DNA of 64,000 bases from an uncultured Candidatus Saccharibacteria bacterium. Its GTDB lineage: Bacteria > Patescibacteriota > Minisyncoccia > Phycocordibacterales > Phycocordibacteraceae. Shown here one piece after another: positions 1 to 8,664 of this stretch; the stretch's first letter is position 1, and every line of letters begins with the position of its first letter. Position numbers and translations under genes: made by a program. Where the stretch lies: assembly GCA_964507275.1 (NCBI GenBank), contig CAZDPG010000001.1, positions 340,577-404,576 of the forward strand, read 5' to 3'. The notes below the pieces were generated by a model, which was not told the origin of the DNA, did no database searches, and worked only from the letters and a program-made list of their open reading frames with translations.

Positions 1-222
1 CATCTCCAGGGATCAAAAGTAAATGGGAAACTCGTCTCTTTCGAAACTCCACTCAGCAACGGCGATATCGTTGAGATCATACGCAAAGATTCCGCACACC
101 CTTCGCCGAAGTGGCTCGATATCGTGCGCACGTCGCTCGCGCGGCGACACATCAGGAGTGCTCTCGGCATGACCGAGCAGACCGCGCCGCGTCTCCGTAC
201 GCGCCGCACACGAAAGAGCAAA
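1..222 (+). CDS. RelA/SpoT-family (p)ppGpp synthetase/hydrolase, C-terminal fragment (TGS domain); the 5' part lies outside the window
   Basis: Frame 1 translation ...GSKVNGKLVSFETPLSNGDIVEIIRKDSAHPSPKWLDIVRTSLARRHIRSAL... aligns with the TGS region of SpoT/RelA (IGGRIVPF..GDQIEII...DWLN.V.TS.ARSKIR). Stop at 220-222 is followed by a hairpin. Confidence 0.6.
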
Positions 223-225
223 TGA

Positions 226-252
226 AAACAGGGCATGATGCCCTGTTTTCAT
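226..252 (+). terminator. rho-independent terminator (aaacagggc-atgat-gccctgtttt)
   Basis: Perfect 9 bp stem followed by a T-run directly after the stop codon. Confidence 0.6.
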
Positions 253-254
253 TT

Positions 255-1256
255 CTAGACAGAGAAGTTGCTGACCGAGTACATGTCCTCATCCTCGGAA
301 GGTTCTTCGGGTGCCGCCGCCGCGACGACGTCGCCTTCCAGCTGCGTGGTATTCGGGAAGACTGGGAAAGAGGCTTGTGGGGCGGTAACTCCCGCTTCTT
401 TTTCTACAGCAAGCACGTCGACGAGCTGTTGGAGATCGTCTGGGGAGAAGAACTCGATGAGCAGACGTCCGCCCTCGGCATTCGTCTCAATGATGACGCG
501 CGTGCCAAGGGTCTCGGTGAGCGACTTTTCAAGCTCGACGATCTCACGCGTCTTGCGGTGATATGAACGCACGCGTTCCTGTGCAATAGAGCGCGCAATG
601 CGCTCGGCAGCACGGACTGGAAGGCGCTTCAGGATAATCTCCCTGAGAAGCGTTTCCTGCTCCTCGGGGCGACTCGTGAGGGCGAGCAGCGGGCGGGCAT
701 GGCCCTCGCTTATCTCTTTCGCGACGATAGCGTTCTGCATATGCTCCGGCAGGGTGAGCAGGCGAATCGAGTTTGAGACGTATTCGCGACTCTTCCCTAT
801 CTTCGCAGCAGTCTCGACATGCGAGAGACCGAACTCATCGATGAGTTTCTGGAGCGCTTTCGCGCGGTCGATGGCATTCAGATCTTCCCGCTGCAGGTTC
901 TCGATGATTGCAAGCTCAAGCTTCGTGAGGTTGCTGTCGCCCTGACGAATCACGACGGGGACCTGCTTCAGCCCAGCAAGCTTCGAAGCGCGCAGACGTC
1001 GTTCCCCGGCAACGAGCTCATACAGAGTCTCGAGACCGCCATCGGGCTTCTCCACCTCGGTGCGAGAGACGACGAGCGGCTGGAGCACGCCATACTGACG
1101 AATGCTCTCCGCAAGCGACTTCAACCCCTCTTCACTGAACTCTTTTCTCGGCTGATACGGATTCGGGACGATGCGCTCGACATCAATCCAGAAGACCGAG
1201 TCGTATTTGGTCGGCACATAGCGAGCATCGTCGTTCATGTAAAAAGATTTTAGCAT
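255..1256 (-). CDS. parB: ParB-like chromosome partitioning protein
   Basis: ParB box LVAGERRLRASKLAGL and an HTH region. Start moved to MLKSFYMNDD (ATG at 1256) so the gene does not overlap the tRNA. Confidence 0.85.
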   Translation of the reverse strand: MLKSFYMNDDARYVPTKYDSVFWIDVERIVPNPYQPRKEFSEEGLKSLAESIRQYGVLQPLVVSRTEVEKPDGGLETLYELVAGERRLRASKLAGLKQVPVVIRQGDSNLTKLELAIIENLQREDLNAIDRAKALQKLIDEFGLSHVETAAKIGKSREYVSNSIRLLTLPEHMQNAIVAKEISEGHARPLLALTSRPEEQETLLREIILKRLPVRAAERIARSIAQERVRSYHRKTREIVELEKSLTETLGTRVIIETNAEGGRLLIEFFSPDDLQQLVDVLAVEKEAGVTAPQASFPVFPNTTQLEGDVVAAAAPEEPSEDEDMYSVSNFSV

Positions 1257-1276
1257 ATGGTACTCTGCAATCCATA

Positions 1277-1357
1277 GCCGGGATGGCGGAATGGTAGACG
1301 CAATGGATTCAAAACCCATCGACGCAAGTCATGAGAGTTCGAGTCTCTCTCCCGGCA
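1277..1357 (+). tRNA. tRNA-Leu (anticodon CAA)
   Basis: Cloverleaf read by eye: acceptor GCCGGGA/TCCCGGC, D-arm GCGGAATGGTAGACGC, anticodon loop TTCAAAA, long variable arm, T-arm GAGAG-TTCGAGT-CTCTC. No encoded CCA. Confidence 0.8.
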
Positions 1358-1361
1358 CATT

Positions 1362-1400
1362 AAGAAAGTCGGCCTTCCGTTAGGAAGGCCGACTTTCTTC
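1362..1400. terminator. bidirectional hairpin terminator (gaaagtcggccttcc...ggaaggccgactttc)
   Basis: 15 bp inverted repeat flanked by T/A runs, between the tRNA (+) and the peroxiredoxin gene (-). Confidence 0.6.
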
Positions 1401-1402
1401 TC

Positions 1403-2062
1403 TTATATCTTCCCTACCAGATCCAGTCCCGGTTCGAGCGTATCAGAACCTGGTTCCCACGATGCGGGACATACCTGACCCTTATGTGCTTCGACATACT
1501 GCGCCGCCTGTAGTTTGCGGAGTGTTTCAACCCCTTTGCGGCCTATCGAGTTGTCATTGATCTCCATCGCGCGGAGCACCCCGAGAGGATCGATGATGAA
1601 CGTACCGCGGAGTGCGAGCCCTTCGTCTGGTGTGTGCACTGCTTCGCCGCCCTCGACGAGGACGCCGAATGCGTACGCAAGCTTGCCAGAAGGATCGGCC
1701 GCCATCGGATATTCAATCTGTCCGATTGCCGGAGACGCGTCGTGCCATGCCTTGTGTGTGAATACGGTATCTGAAGACACCGAGATGATTTCAGCACCGA
1801 GCGCCTGGAACTTCGGGTACAGCTTCGCGAGCTCCTCGAGCTCGGTCGGACAGACGAACGTGAAGTCGGCAGGATAGAAGACCAGCACGGCCCACTTCCC
1901 GCGGAGCGACGAGAGGCTCATGGTCGTGACTACGTCTTTGTGATACGCCTCGAACTCGAAATCAGGCACCGCTTCGCCCACCTTCACCTGTGAGATATAA
2001 TCCCGCACGGGGTCATGGAACTCGCCGCAGTGTTCGCAATAGTTGCTTTTAGTATCTTTCAT
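1403..2062 (-). CDS. peroxiredoxin (2-Cys Prx/AhpC family) with a short N-terminal Cys-containing extension
   Basis: Thioredoxin-fold Prx motifs FTFVCPTE and a resolving-Cys region. The track ORF was trimmed to MKDTKSNY (ATG 2062) because upstream codons overlap miaA on the other strand. Confidence 0.85.
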   Translation of the reverse strand: MKDTKSNYCEHCGEFHDPVRDYISQVKVGEAVPDFEFEAYHKDVVTTMSLSSLRGKWAVLVFYPADFTFVCPTELEELAKLYPKFQALGAEIISVSSDTVFTHKAWHDASPAIGQIEYPMAADPSGKLAYAFGVLVEGGEAVHTPDEGLALRGTFIIDPLGVLRAMEINDNSIGRKGVETLRKLQAAQYVEAHKGQVCPASWEPGSDTLEPGLDLVGKI

Positions 2063-2086
2063 ACGTGTATTGGTTAGGTAAGAGCT

Positions 2087-2932
2087 ATGATACCATCGCC
2101 GACAATGGGCACACAAATCCTTCTCATCATCGGACCGACCGCGTCCGGCAAATCCTCGCGGGCGGTGGCGGAAGCGCTCGCACGAGGCGGCGAGGTGATA
2201 TCGGTCGACTCGCGCCAAGTCTACCGCGGACTCGATATCGGGACGGAAAAGATAACCGCCGAGGAGATGCGCGGCGTGCCCCATCACCTGATCGACATCC
2301 GCGAGCCAGGACAGACGTATTCCGCGGGCGATTTCGTACACGACGCGACACGGTTGATTTCTGAGATCTCGGCACGAGGAAAATTGCCGATACTCGCTGG
2401 TGGCACGCACTTTTATTTCGACGCGCTCCTCTATGGCCTGCCGATTGGGACTGATGCGAATCATGAGCTCCGCACCGAGCTCGAGAAACTTTCGACTGAA
2501 GAGCTGTATGCGCGCGTCTGCGCTCGGGATGCCCGCCGAGCTGCCGAGCTCGATCCGCAGAACCGGCGGCGACTCATCCGCGCACTTGAGATCATCGAGG
2601 CGAGAGGAACAGTACCGGAAAGAGTTTCGTCTGCACCGGATTACACAGTCGAATGGATTGTCATCGATCCTCCGCGCGAAGAACTGCGGGCACGTATCGA
2701 CGCTCGCATCGAAGAAGCTCGCGCGCGCGGTCTCATAGACGAAGTGCGGCACGTGCGTGAGGCGGTCGGCGAAGCCCGTCTGAATGAGCTCGGTCTTGAG
2801 TACAAAATTGTCGGCGAATACCTGCGCGGAGAAATTATGGAAATAGATCTCCTCCCCACGCTCAAGGCAAAGCTGTGGCAGTACGCACGCCGCCAGAAGG
2901 CGTGGCTGCGCAAGCTAGAACAAACACGTTAA
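2087..2932 (+). CDS. miaA: tRNA dimethylallyltransferase MiaA
   Basis: P-loop IIGPTASGKS, DSRQVYRGLDIGTEK and HHLIDI motifs. The start may instead be M at 2105. Confidence 0.9.
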   Translation: MIPSPTMGTQILLIIGPTASGKSSRAVAEALARGGEVISVDSRQVYRGLDIGTEKITAEEMRGVPHHLIDIREPGQTYSAGDFVHDATRLISEISARGKLPILAGGTHFYFDALLYGLPIGTDANHELRTELEKLSTEELYARVCARDARRAAELDPQNRRRLIRALEIIEARGTVPERVSSAPDYTVEWIVIDPPREELRARIDARIEEARARGLIDEVRHVREAVGEARLNELGLEYKIVGEYLRGEIMEIDLLPTLKAKLWQYARRQKAWLRKLEQTR

Positions 2933-3816
2933 TCAAGACCCGCGTCGCAGCCGCAACCATTCTGTTGCCCTACACTCACATGCAGATGATTCCCTTCGTT
3001 GAGCGAACTTGCTCCGCACTGGTTCGCTATCGTCGCGAGTGCATTCAAATCTCCAGCGAGGTCGACAGCATATGAGGAGCCTGTGCAATTCCGCCCACCA
3101 TAGTGACAGGAGTTAGCGGTGTGGGCGCACCCTATCTTCTTGCCACTCGCTGCACATTGTTCGATGGTGGCCTTGCCGCTCGTGATGGCGCTATCTGAAA
3201 TTGAGGTGATGATGGCATTTTTCGTCAGCTTATCGCTCATGCAAGACAAAAGCCCAGCAAGCGGAACCGATTCGGTAACTACTTGAGCATCTATACCTGG
3301 ATTAAAAGTGAACTTCCCTGCTCCACCGCCGGGAGTAACGCCGAGAGTCGGGATACCGGTCTGCTGAGCCTGGTTCAGGCTCGCCTTGAGAGGAATGCAG
3401 AAGTCGCCGCCGCCCGTCGTGATGAGGTTCGTCCAAGTACTGCCCGCGTCTTTAGGATTGTAGAGCACTGCCATGACGGCATCGACTATCATCCAGCCCG
3501 CAAGCGCGATAACAATACCAGTGACAGTATTCGTGAGGATCTTTTTCGCTGCCTCTTTCCCCCCTGCATTCACCGGATTGAGGACAAAGAGAAAGCCGGA
3601 GTAAGCGATCATCAGCGGCGCGATGAAGACGATGACGATTGTCAGGAGGAAGCTGATGAGGTTATTAATCACGATCATGAGTAATCCCCAGCCTGCCGCG
3701 CACTGGTTATACGCTTCGGGGATGATAGGGCCGAAGAACGGCACTCCTGCGTATGCAAACTGCGGCAGAACGAATGTCCCGAGCAGGAGGATGAATACTG
3801 GAATGCGGAAACGCAT
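2929..3816 (-). CDS. secreted VirB2/TrbC-like (T4SS-pilin-like) two-helix membrane module fused to a Cys-rich C-terminal domain with LAS-type zinc-peptidase-like motifs
   Basis: Signal peptide, then hydrophobic helix, PLMIAYSGF...GGKEAAKKILTNTVTGIVIALAGW, then a second helix. This is the same architecture as the six small paralogs at 16.2-18.4 kb. The C-terminal ~165 aa has about 10 Cys and the motifs SCHYGG...AVDL and EGNHLHVSVG (compare SxH..G.A.D / ExxH or HLH of M15/M23 peptidoglycan peptidases). Confidence 0.55.
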   Translation of the reverse strand: MRFRIPVFILLLGTFVLPQFAYAGVPFFGPIIPEAYNQCAAGWGLLMIVINNLISFLLTIVIVFIAPLMIAYSGFLFVLNPVNAGGKEAAKKILTNTVTGIVIALAGWMIVDAVMAVLYNPKDAGSTWTNLITTGGGDFCIPLKASLNQAQQTGIPTLGVTPGGGAGKFTFNPGIDAQVVTESVPLAGLLSCMSDKLTKNAIITSISDSAITSGKATIEQCAASGKKIGCAHTANSCHYGGRNCTGSSYAVDLAGDLNALATIANQCGASSLNEGNHLHVSVGQQNGCGCDAGLD

Positions 3817-3891
3817 GAGTACATCATACCGTGCGCCATCCGTGAGTAGGCGGCTTTTCCCCTCCCGTCTTATCTGTTATCGTTCATGTAC

Positions 3892-3961
3892 GGGTCCATC
3901 GTATAGTGGTAGTACATCGGTCTCCAAAACCGACAGTCCAGGTCCGATTCCTGGTGGGCCC
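3892..3961 (+). tRNA. tRNA-Trp (anticodon CCA)
   Basis: Acceptor GGGTCCA/TGGGCCC, anticodon loop CTCCAAA, T-arm CCAGG-TCCGATT-CCTGG. Confidence 0.75.
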
Positions 3962-3996
3962 GCATCTTTTGAAATGCTTGGTATACTAGCGTCATC

Positions 3997-4926
3997 ATGG
4001 CGCAAAAGAGCATCCTATTCGTCTGTACCGGAAACATCTTCCGAAGTCTGGCGGCCGAACAAGGTTTCAAGAAATATCTCTTAGACAATGGGATCCCCGG
4101 ATGGCATGTTGGCTCGGCGGGTATCCATGCCGTGCCGCAGGCCGTCGATCCAAAGACGCTGGAGACGCTATGCGAGGTTGGCATTACTGATATCGAGCAC
4201 GAGCAGCGGAAACTCACTCGAGAGATGCTCGAACAGTACGACGTTATCGTCGGTATGGCGCAAGACCATATCGATTTCATGAAATCACAATTCAATTATA
4301 AATACGGCATCCTTTTCAATGAGCTCGCCCAGCACGAAGCAACTTCTGTCCGAGACATAGATGAGGTGCCGGAGTATCAGACGAACCCGCAGGCAGTGGA
4401 GGAAAAGATTGAGTGCACTGTGAAGGACATCGTCGAAAAGATTCCTGCCGTATTCAAAAATGTGACTGAACGTTTCTATCTCTTTAAGAATTTTGCCGAA
4501 GGAAAGACTACTCATCGAAACGGCTACCCGTTCATCACCCTGCACGAAACCCCGCACTCGATTGCCTTCATGTCCATCGACATCCCCTTTAACGAAGACG
4601 GTCATGTTCTCGTAATTCCGAAAGAGAGATACCCAAGCCTCTCGGATATACCGGATGAGACCCTGAAAGATATACTCGCTTCTATCAAGAAGGTGGGTGA
4701 GGCTTTCAGCATCGATCATGGTGGCTACAACGTCCTCCTTAATAACGGACTGGATGCCGGACAATACATCATACACACCCACTTCCACATCATCCCGAGA
4801 CGGAGCGGCGACGGCATCACGATCGAAGGCTGGGAGCGCCCGAAGATCAGCCGTGATGATTTCATACGATTCAACGAGGATCTGAAGCGACAGATAGAGC
4901 AGCTACCCTCCTCGGTGATAGAATAA
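3997..4926 (+). CDS. fusion protein: N-terminal low-molecular-weight protein-tyrosine phosphatase / ArsC-like domain plus C-terminal HIT-family nucleotide hydrolase domain
   Basis: CX5R(S) P-loop ILFVCTGNIFRS and a DP motif at the N-terminus. Histidine-triad GQYIIHTHFHIIPR at the C-terminus. GC looks lower than in the flanks. Confidence 0.7.
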   Translation: MAQKSILFVCTGNIFRSLAAEQGFKKYLLDNGIPGWHVGSAGIHAVPQAVDPKTLETLCEVGITDIEHEQRKLTREMLEQYDVIVGMAQDHIDFMKSQFNYKYGILFNELAQHEATSVRDIDEVPEYQTNPQAVEEKIECTVKDIVEKIPAVFKNVTERFYLFKNFAEGKTTHRNGYPFITLHETPHSIAFMSIDIPFNEDGHVLVIPKERYPSLSDIPDETLKDILASIKKVGEAFSIDHGGYNVLLNNGLDAGQYIIHTHFHIIPRRSGDGITIEGWERPKISRDDFIRFNEDLKRQIEQLPSSVIE

Positions 4927-4984
4927 TCCGCCAATGCAGACACTAATGCAAACCGCCCTTTCGGGCGGTTTTGCTTTGATGAGA

Positions 4985-5140
4985 TTACTTCTTTGCCTCC
5001 TTGAAGGTGACACGCTTCCTAAGCGTGGGGTCGAACTTCGTGAGTTCAATCTTGCGCTCGGTAGTCTTCTTATTCTTGCGCGTCCAGATGACGTGCGGCG
5101 ACTTCGTCGACTTGAGCTTGATGAGGCGAATCTGTGACAT
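4985..5140 (-). CDS. rpmG: 50S ribosomal protein L33
   Basis: 51 aa ORF not in the track (under 60 aa): MSQIRLIKLKSTKSPHVIWTRKNKKTTERKIELTKFDPTLRKRVTFKEAKK. Matches the L33 pattern (..TRKNK.n.ERLELKK.DP..RKH..F.E.K). Zn-less variant. Confidence 0.7.
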   Translation of the reverse strand: MSQIRLIKLKSTKSPHVIWTRKNKKTTERKIELTKFDPTLRKRVTFKEAKK

Positions 5141-5190
5141 ACAGAAAACTTACCAGAATCGGCCGATTTTCGCAATGGACAGGCCGGATT

Positions 5191-7866
5191 CTAGACGGCT
5201 GTCGCAGCTGCCCGTTTCGAGCGAATCGCAGTCTTCTTCACCTCGAAATGCGGCTCACCGCCCTTGATGGAAACGGTCACTGTCCCGCCCTCGAGCAACC
5301 CTTGGCTCACCATGAGCGAAGCGAGTGGTGTGAGTATCACGTCCTGTATCGTGCGGCGAAGCGGGCGTGCCCCGTATTCCGGGTTGTATCCCTTCTCGGC
5401 AAGCCAGGTATGCACCTCCGGCGATATCGCGAGCGCGATGCGCTTCTGTGCGAGGCGGCTCTTTACCTCCTCGACCTGAGTATCGACGATGCGCGCGAGC
5501 GCTTCCTTCGCGAGCGGATCGAAGATGATGATGTCATCGAGGCGATTGAGGAACTCAGGACGGAAATGCTCCTTGAGCGAGTCCATCACCTTCTCTTTCG
5601 TCTCTTCATACCGGGTCGCCTCGGTCGCTTCTGCAACGCCGAAGCCGAGGTGCGCGAGTTTATCGATGAATTCACCGCCGATGTTGCTCGTAAGCACGAT
5701 AATCGTGTTCTTGAAATTGACCTTGCGGCCCTTGCCGTCGGTCAGGTGCCCCGAATCGAGTACTTGAAGCAATATATTGAATACCTCCGGATGTGCTTTC
5801 TCGATTTCGTCGAAGAGCACCACCGCGTACGGGCGATGGCGGATGCGCTCGGTGAGCGTCCCCGATTCCTCGTAACCGACATAGCCCGGCGGCGCGCCGA
5901 TGAGCTTCGCCACCGAATGCTTCTCCATAAATTCGCTCATGTCCACACGTACGAGAGCATCGGTGTCATTGAACATAAACTCCGCGAGCTTCTTCGAGAG
6001 TTCAGTCTTGCCGACGCCGGTCGGGCCAAGGAAAAGAAAGGAACCTATTGGACGATTCGGGTCGCTGATGCCGACGCGTGAACGCTTCACGGCATCCGTT
6101 ACCTTCTTCACCGCGATATCCTGTCCGATGATACCGTGCTTGAGCGCCTCCTCCATGCGAGTGAGCTTAGCCGCTTCCTCTTCGAGCATGCGCGCGACCG
6201 GGATGCCCGTCCAGCGGGAGACGACGGCCGCAATATCCTGCTCGGCCACCTCCTCGTTCAGCACGCGACGGGACTTCTGCAGGGACTTCAAGCGTTTGAG
6301 CTTCGTCTCGAGATCTTTCTGGATGTGCGGAATCTTACCGTAGCGGATCTCTGCGACCGTACCAAGGTCCGCGGCCGCCTCGGCATTGTCTGCCTGTATC
6401 TTGAGCGTCTCGAGCTCGGTCTTCGCGGCACGGATGCCTCCCAGTACTTCCTTCTCGTTCTTCCACTTAAGCTCAAGCTCGCTCGTCTTTTCCTTCAGAT
6501 CGGCAACTTCAGAGTCGATGACTTTGATACGTTCCTTGATCTCCTTGGCATGCTCGCCTTCCAGATCCTTCTGGAGCGCTTGTCGCTCAATTTCGAGCCG
6601 GCGAATCTTGCGGTCAGTCTCTTCCAGAAGCGGCGGCTTGTTCTCAAGAGCGATGCGCAGTCCCGACGCAGCTTCGTCGATAAGGTCGATCGCCTTATCG
6701 GGGAGGAAGCGATCGCTGATATAACGGCTGGAGAGCTCGACGGCAGCAACAATAGCCCCGTCGGTGATGCGCACGCCGTGAAAAAGCTCGTACTTGTCGC
6801 GCAGTCCGCGCAGTATGGCGATGCCGTCTTCAACAGAAGGCTCTTGTACGAAAACTGACTGGAAGCGGCGTGTGAGTGCCGCATCCTTCTCGATGTACTT
6901 CTGATACTCCTTGAGTGTAGTCGCGCCGATGACGCGAATCTCGCCGCGAGAGAGTGCCGGCTTCAGCATGTTCGACGCATCGAGCGAGCCTTCAGCGCCA
7001 CCCGCTCCCACGAGCGTATGGAGCTCATCGACGAAGAGGATCACCTTCCCTTCCGCGCGCTCCACCTCCTTCATGACGTTCTTCATGCGCTCCTCGAATT
7101 CGCCGCGATACTTCGTGCCGGCAATCATGAGCCCGAGGTCGAGTGAGAGGAGCTCCTTGCCTTTAAGCGATTCCGGAACATCATTCTGCGCCATACGCGC
7201 GGCAAGCCCTTCAGCAATCGCGGTCTTTCCGACGCCAGCTTCGCCTATGAGAATCGGATTGTTCTTCGTGCGGCGAGCAAGAATCTGGATGACCCGGTTA
7301 ATCTCGATATCACGCCCGATAACCGGATCGAGCTTGTTCTCAGCTGCCATCTTAGTGAGGTTGCGCGCGTACTTGGCGAGCGCCCGGAAACGCTTCGGCT
7401 CCGCTCCCTGTCCGTCCTTCGAACTTTTAAGCTCCTTCAGGACAGCTACTGCTGCTTCGTGTCCTATCGAGAAGCGCGCAAGGATGTCTGCCGCTGGACC
7501 TGGATGCTCAATGACAGCAAGGAAGAGATGCTCCGTGCCGACAAATGTATCGTTCATGCGCGCGGCGATCTTCCCTGCCGATTCGAGTGCCTGAGCGAGG
7601 TCGGGAGTGAGATATATCTGGTATGACGGAGAGAGCACCGACGCGCTCTCCGGCGTCTCCAAATGTTCAAGCACGGCATCAGCAAGCATGATGGTATCAA
7701 CCTCCATGCGATCGAGTATCGAGAACACCAGTGATTCCTCCTGAAGAATGAGGGCTGCGAGCAAGTGGAGCGGTGAGACATGGTTCTGTCCTCGCTCTAT
7801 CGCGAGTTCGTGTGCACGCCGAACGGCTTCTTTGGCTTTGGTGGTGAAATTATTAAATGGTGGCAT
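5191..7866 (-). CDS. clpB: ATP-dependent chaperone ClpB
   Basis: Clp N-domain, two AAA+ modules (GEAGVGKT and GPTGVGKT Walker A) and a long coiled-coil middle domain. 891 aa. Confidence 0.95.
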   Translation of the reverse strand: MPPFNNFTTKAKEAVRRAHELAIERGQNHVSPLHLLAALILQEESLVFSILDRMEVDTIMLADAVLEHLETPESASVLSPSYQIYLTPDLAQALESAGKIAARMNDTFVGTEHLFLAVIEHPGPAADILARFSIGHEAAVAVLKELKSSKDGQGAEPKRFRALAKYARNLTKMAAENKLDPVIGRDIEINRVIQILARRTKNNPILIGEAGVGKTAIAEGLAARMAQNDVPESLKGKELLSLDLGLMIAGTKYRGEFEERMKNVMKEVERAEGKVILFVDELHTLVGAGGAEGSLDASNMLKPALSRGEIRVIGATTLKEYQKYIEKDAALTRRFQSVFVQEPSVEDGIAILRGLRDKYELFHGVRITDGAIVAAVELSSRYISDRFLPDKAIDLIDEAASGLRIALENKPPLLEETDRKIRRLEIERQALQKDLEGEHAKEIKERIKVIDSEVADLKEKTSELELKWKNEKEVLGGIRAAKTELETLKIQADNAEAAADLGTVAEIRYGKIPHIQKDLETKLKRLKSLQKSRRVLNEEVAEQDIAAVVSRWTGIPVARMLEEEAAKLTRMEEALKHGIIGQDIAVKKVTDAVKRSRVGISDPNRPIGSFLFLGPTGVGKTELSKKLAEFMFNDTDALVRVDMSEFMEKHSVAKLIGAPPGYVGYEESGTLTERIRHRPYAVVLFDEIEKAHPEVFNILLQVLDSGHLTDGKGRKVNFKNTIIVLTSNIGGEFIDKLAHLGFGVAEATEATRYEETKEKVMDSLKEHFRPEFLNRLDDIIIFDPLAKEALARIVDTQVEEVKSRLAQKRIALAISPEVHTWLAEKGYNPEYGARPLRRTIQDVILTPLASLMVSQGLLEGGTVTVSIKGGEPHFEVKKTAIRSKRAAATAV

Positions 7867-7882
7867 AGGTTTCTTCTCTATA

Positions 7883-8650
7883 TTACTTCGTAGGAGCGGT
7901 CGACGTTGCAGCGGTCGACGTTGCAGTGAGGAGGTTGGTTATCACGTTCGTACCGATGAGGAACCCTGGCGTTGCACCAGCGCCGATACCGATGAGGTTG
8001 CCGGACAAATCGACGACCGCGCTTCCCGTACCGATATCCGGTAGGGTGGTATGGATGCCCTTCTCGCTCACTCGCGCGACAATACCGGTGGCAGCGAAGC
8101 CATCGGCACTGAGGGCGAGAGCTGTCTCACCGAGTTTGAGATCGCTTGGAGCGACAAGCACAGGCGAGGTCATTTTTGGCAACGCCGCGTCATCGGCGAA
8201 ACCGTAAATTGCGATACCTTTCCCTGCGTGCGCAAGCGACGCCGGAATGAATGATCCGTTCGTGAATTCTATGAGCACTTCTTTCGGAAGCGCGTCCTGA
8301 GCTGCTGTTGCGACGGCGCGCGTCTTGGGAAGATAGGTGCCAATGCTGATGGCTGGCGTCGACGTACCAGTCTCGGCTGCGTAGATGGCGACGGCTCGAG
8401 CGGCCGCGGCTCCTATGGCTGCCGTGACGAGGTCCTGATTCGATGGGGCGGATGCCTGTATGACCGCTGCCGGTGCGGCTGCGACCGTCTCTATCGTCCG
8501 CTCAACGACGCGGTTCACTGTCTGTGTCACGAATGCCGGCGCATGATCAAGCAGCGAGACCGTGAGGATGCCGGTCGCGACCGAGGTCACGAAATTGACG
8601 AGAATCGTGAGCAATATGAGCTGAGATTTTGAGAGTTCCTCGATATCCAT
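7883..8650 (-). CDS. membrane-anchored Ala/Thr-rich protein with a possible degenerate trypsin-fold (HtrA-like) domain
   Basis: N-terminal TM. The C-terminal segment GSAVVDLSGNLIGIGAG resembles the HtrA GNSGGPL..G.VIGIN region, but the catalytic motif is not canonical. Confidence 0.35.
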   Translation of the reverse strand: MDIEELSKSQLILLTILVNFVTSVATGILTVSLLDHAPAFVTQTVNRVVERTIETVAAAPAAVIQASAPSNQDLVTAAIGAAAARAVAIYAAETGTSTPAISIGTYLPKTRAVATAAQDALPKEVLIEFTNGSFIPASLAHAGKGIAIYGFADDAALPKMTSPVLVAPSDLKLGETALALSADGFAATGIVARVSEKGIHTTLPDIGTGSAVVDLSGNLIGIGAGATPGFLIGTNVITNLLTATSTAATSTAPTK

Positions 8651-8664
8651 ATGCGCTAATAATG

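Noticed and set aside
5134-6858. 315 and 240 aa plus-strand ORFs antisense to clpB
   Set aside because: Inside a 891 aa ClpB with both AAA modules intact. Antisense artefacts.
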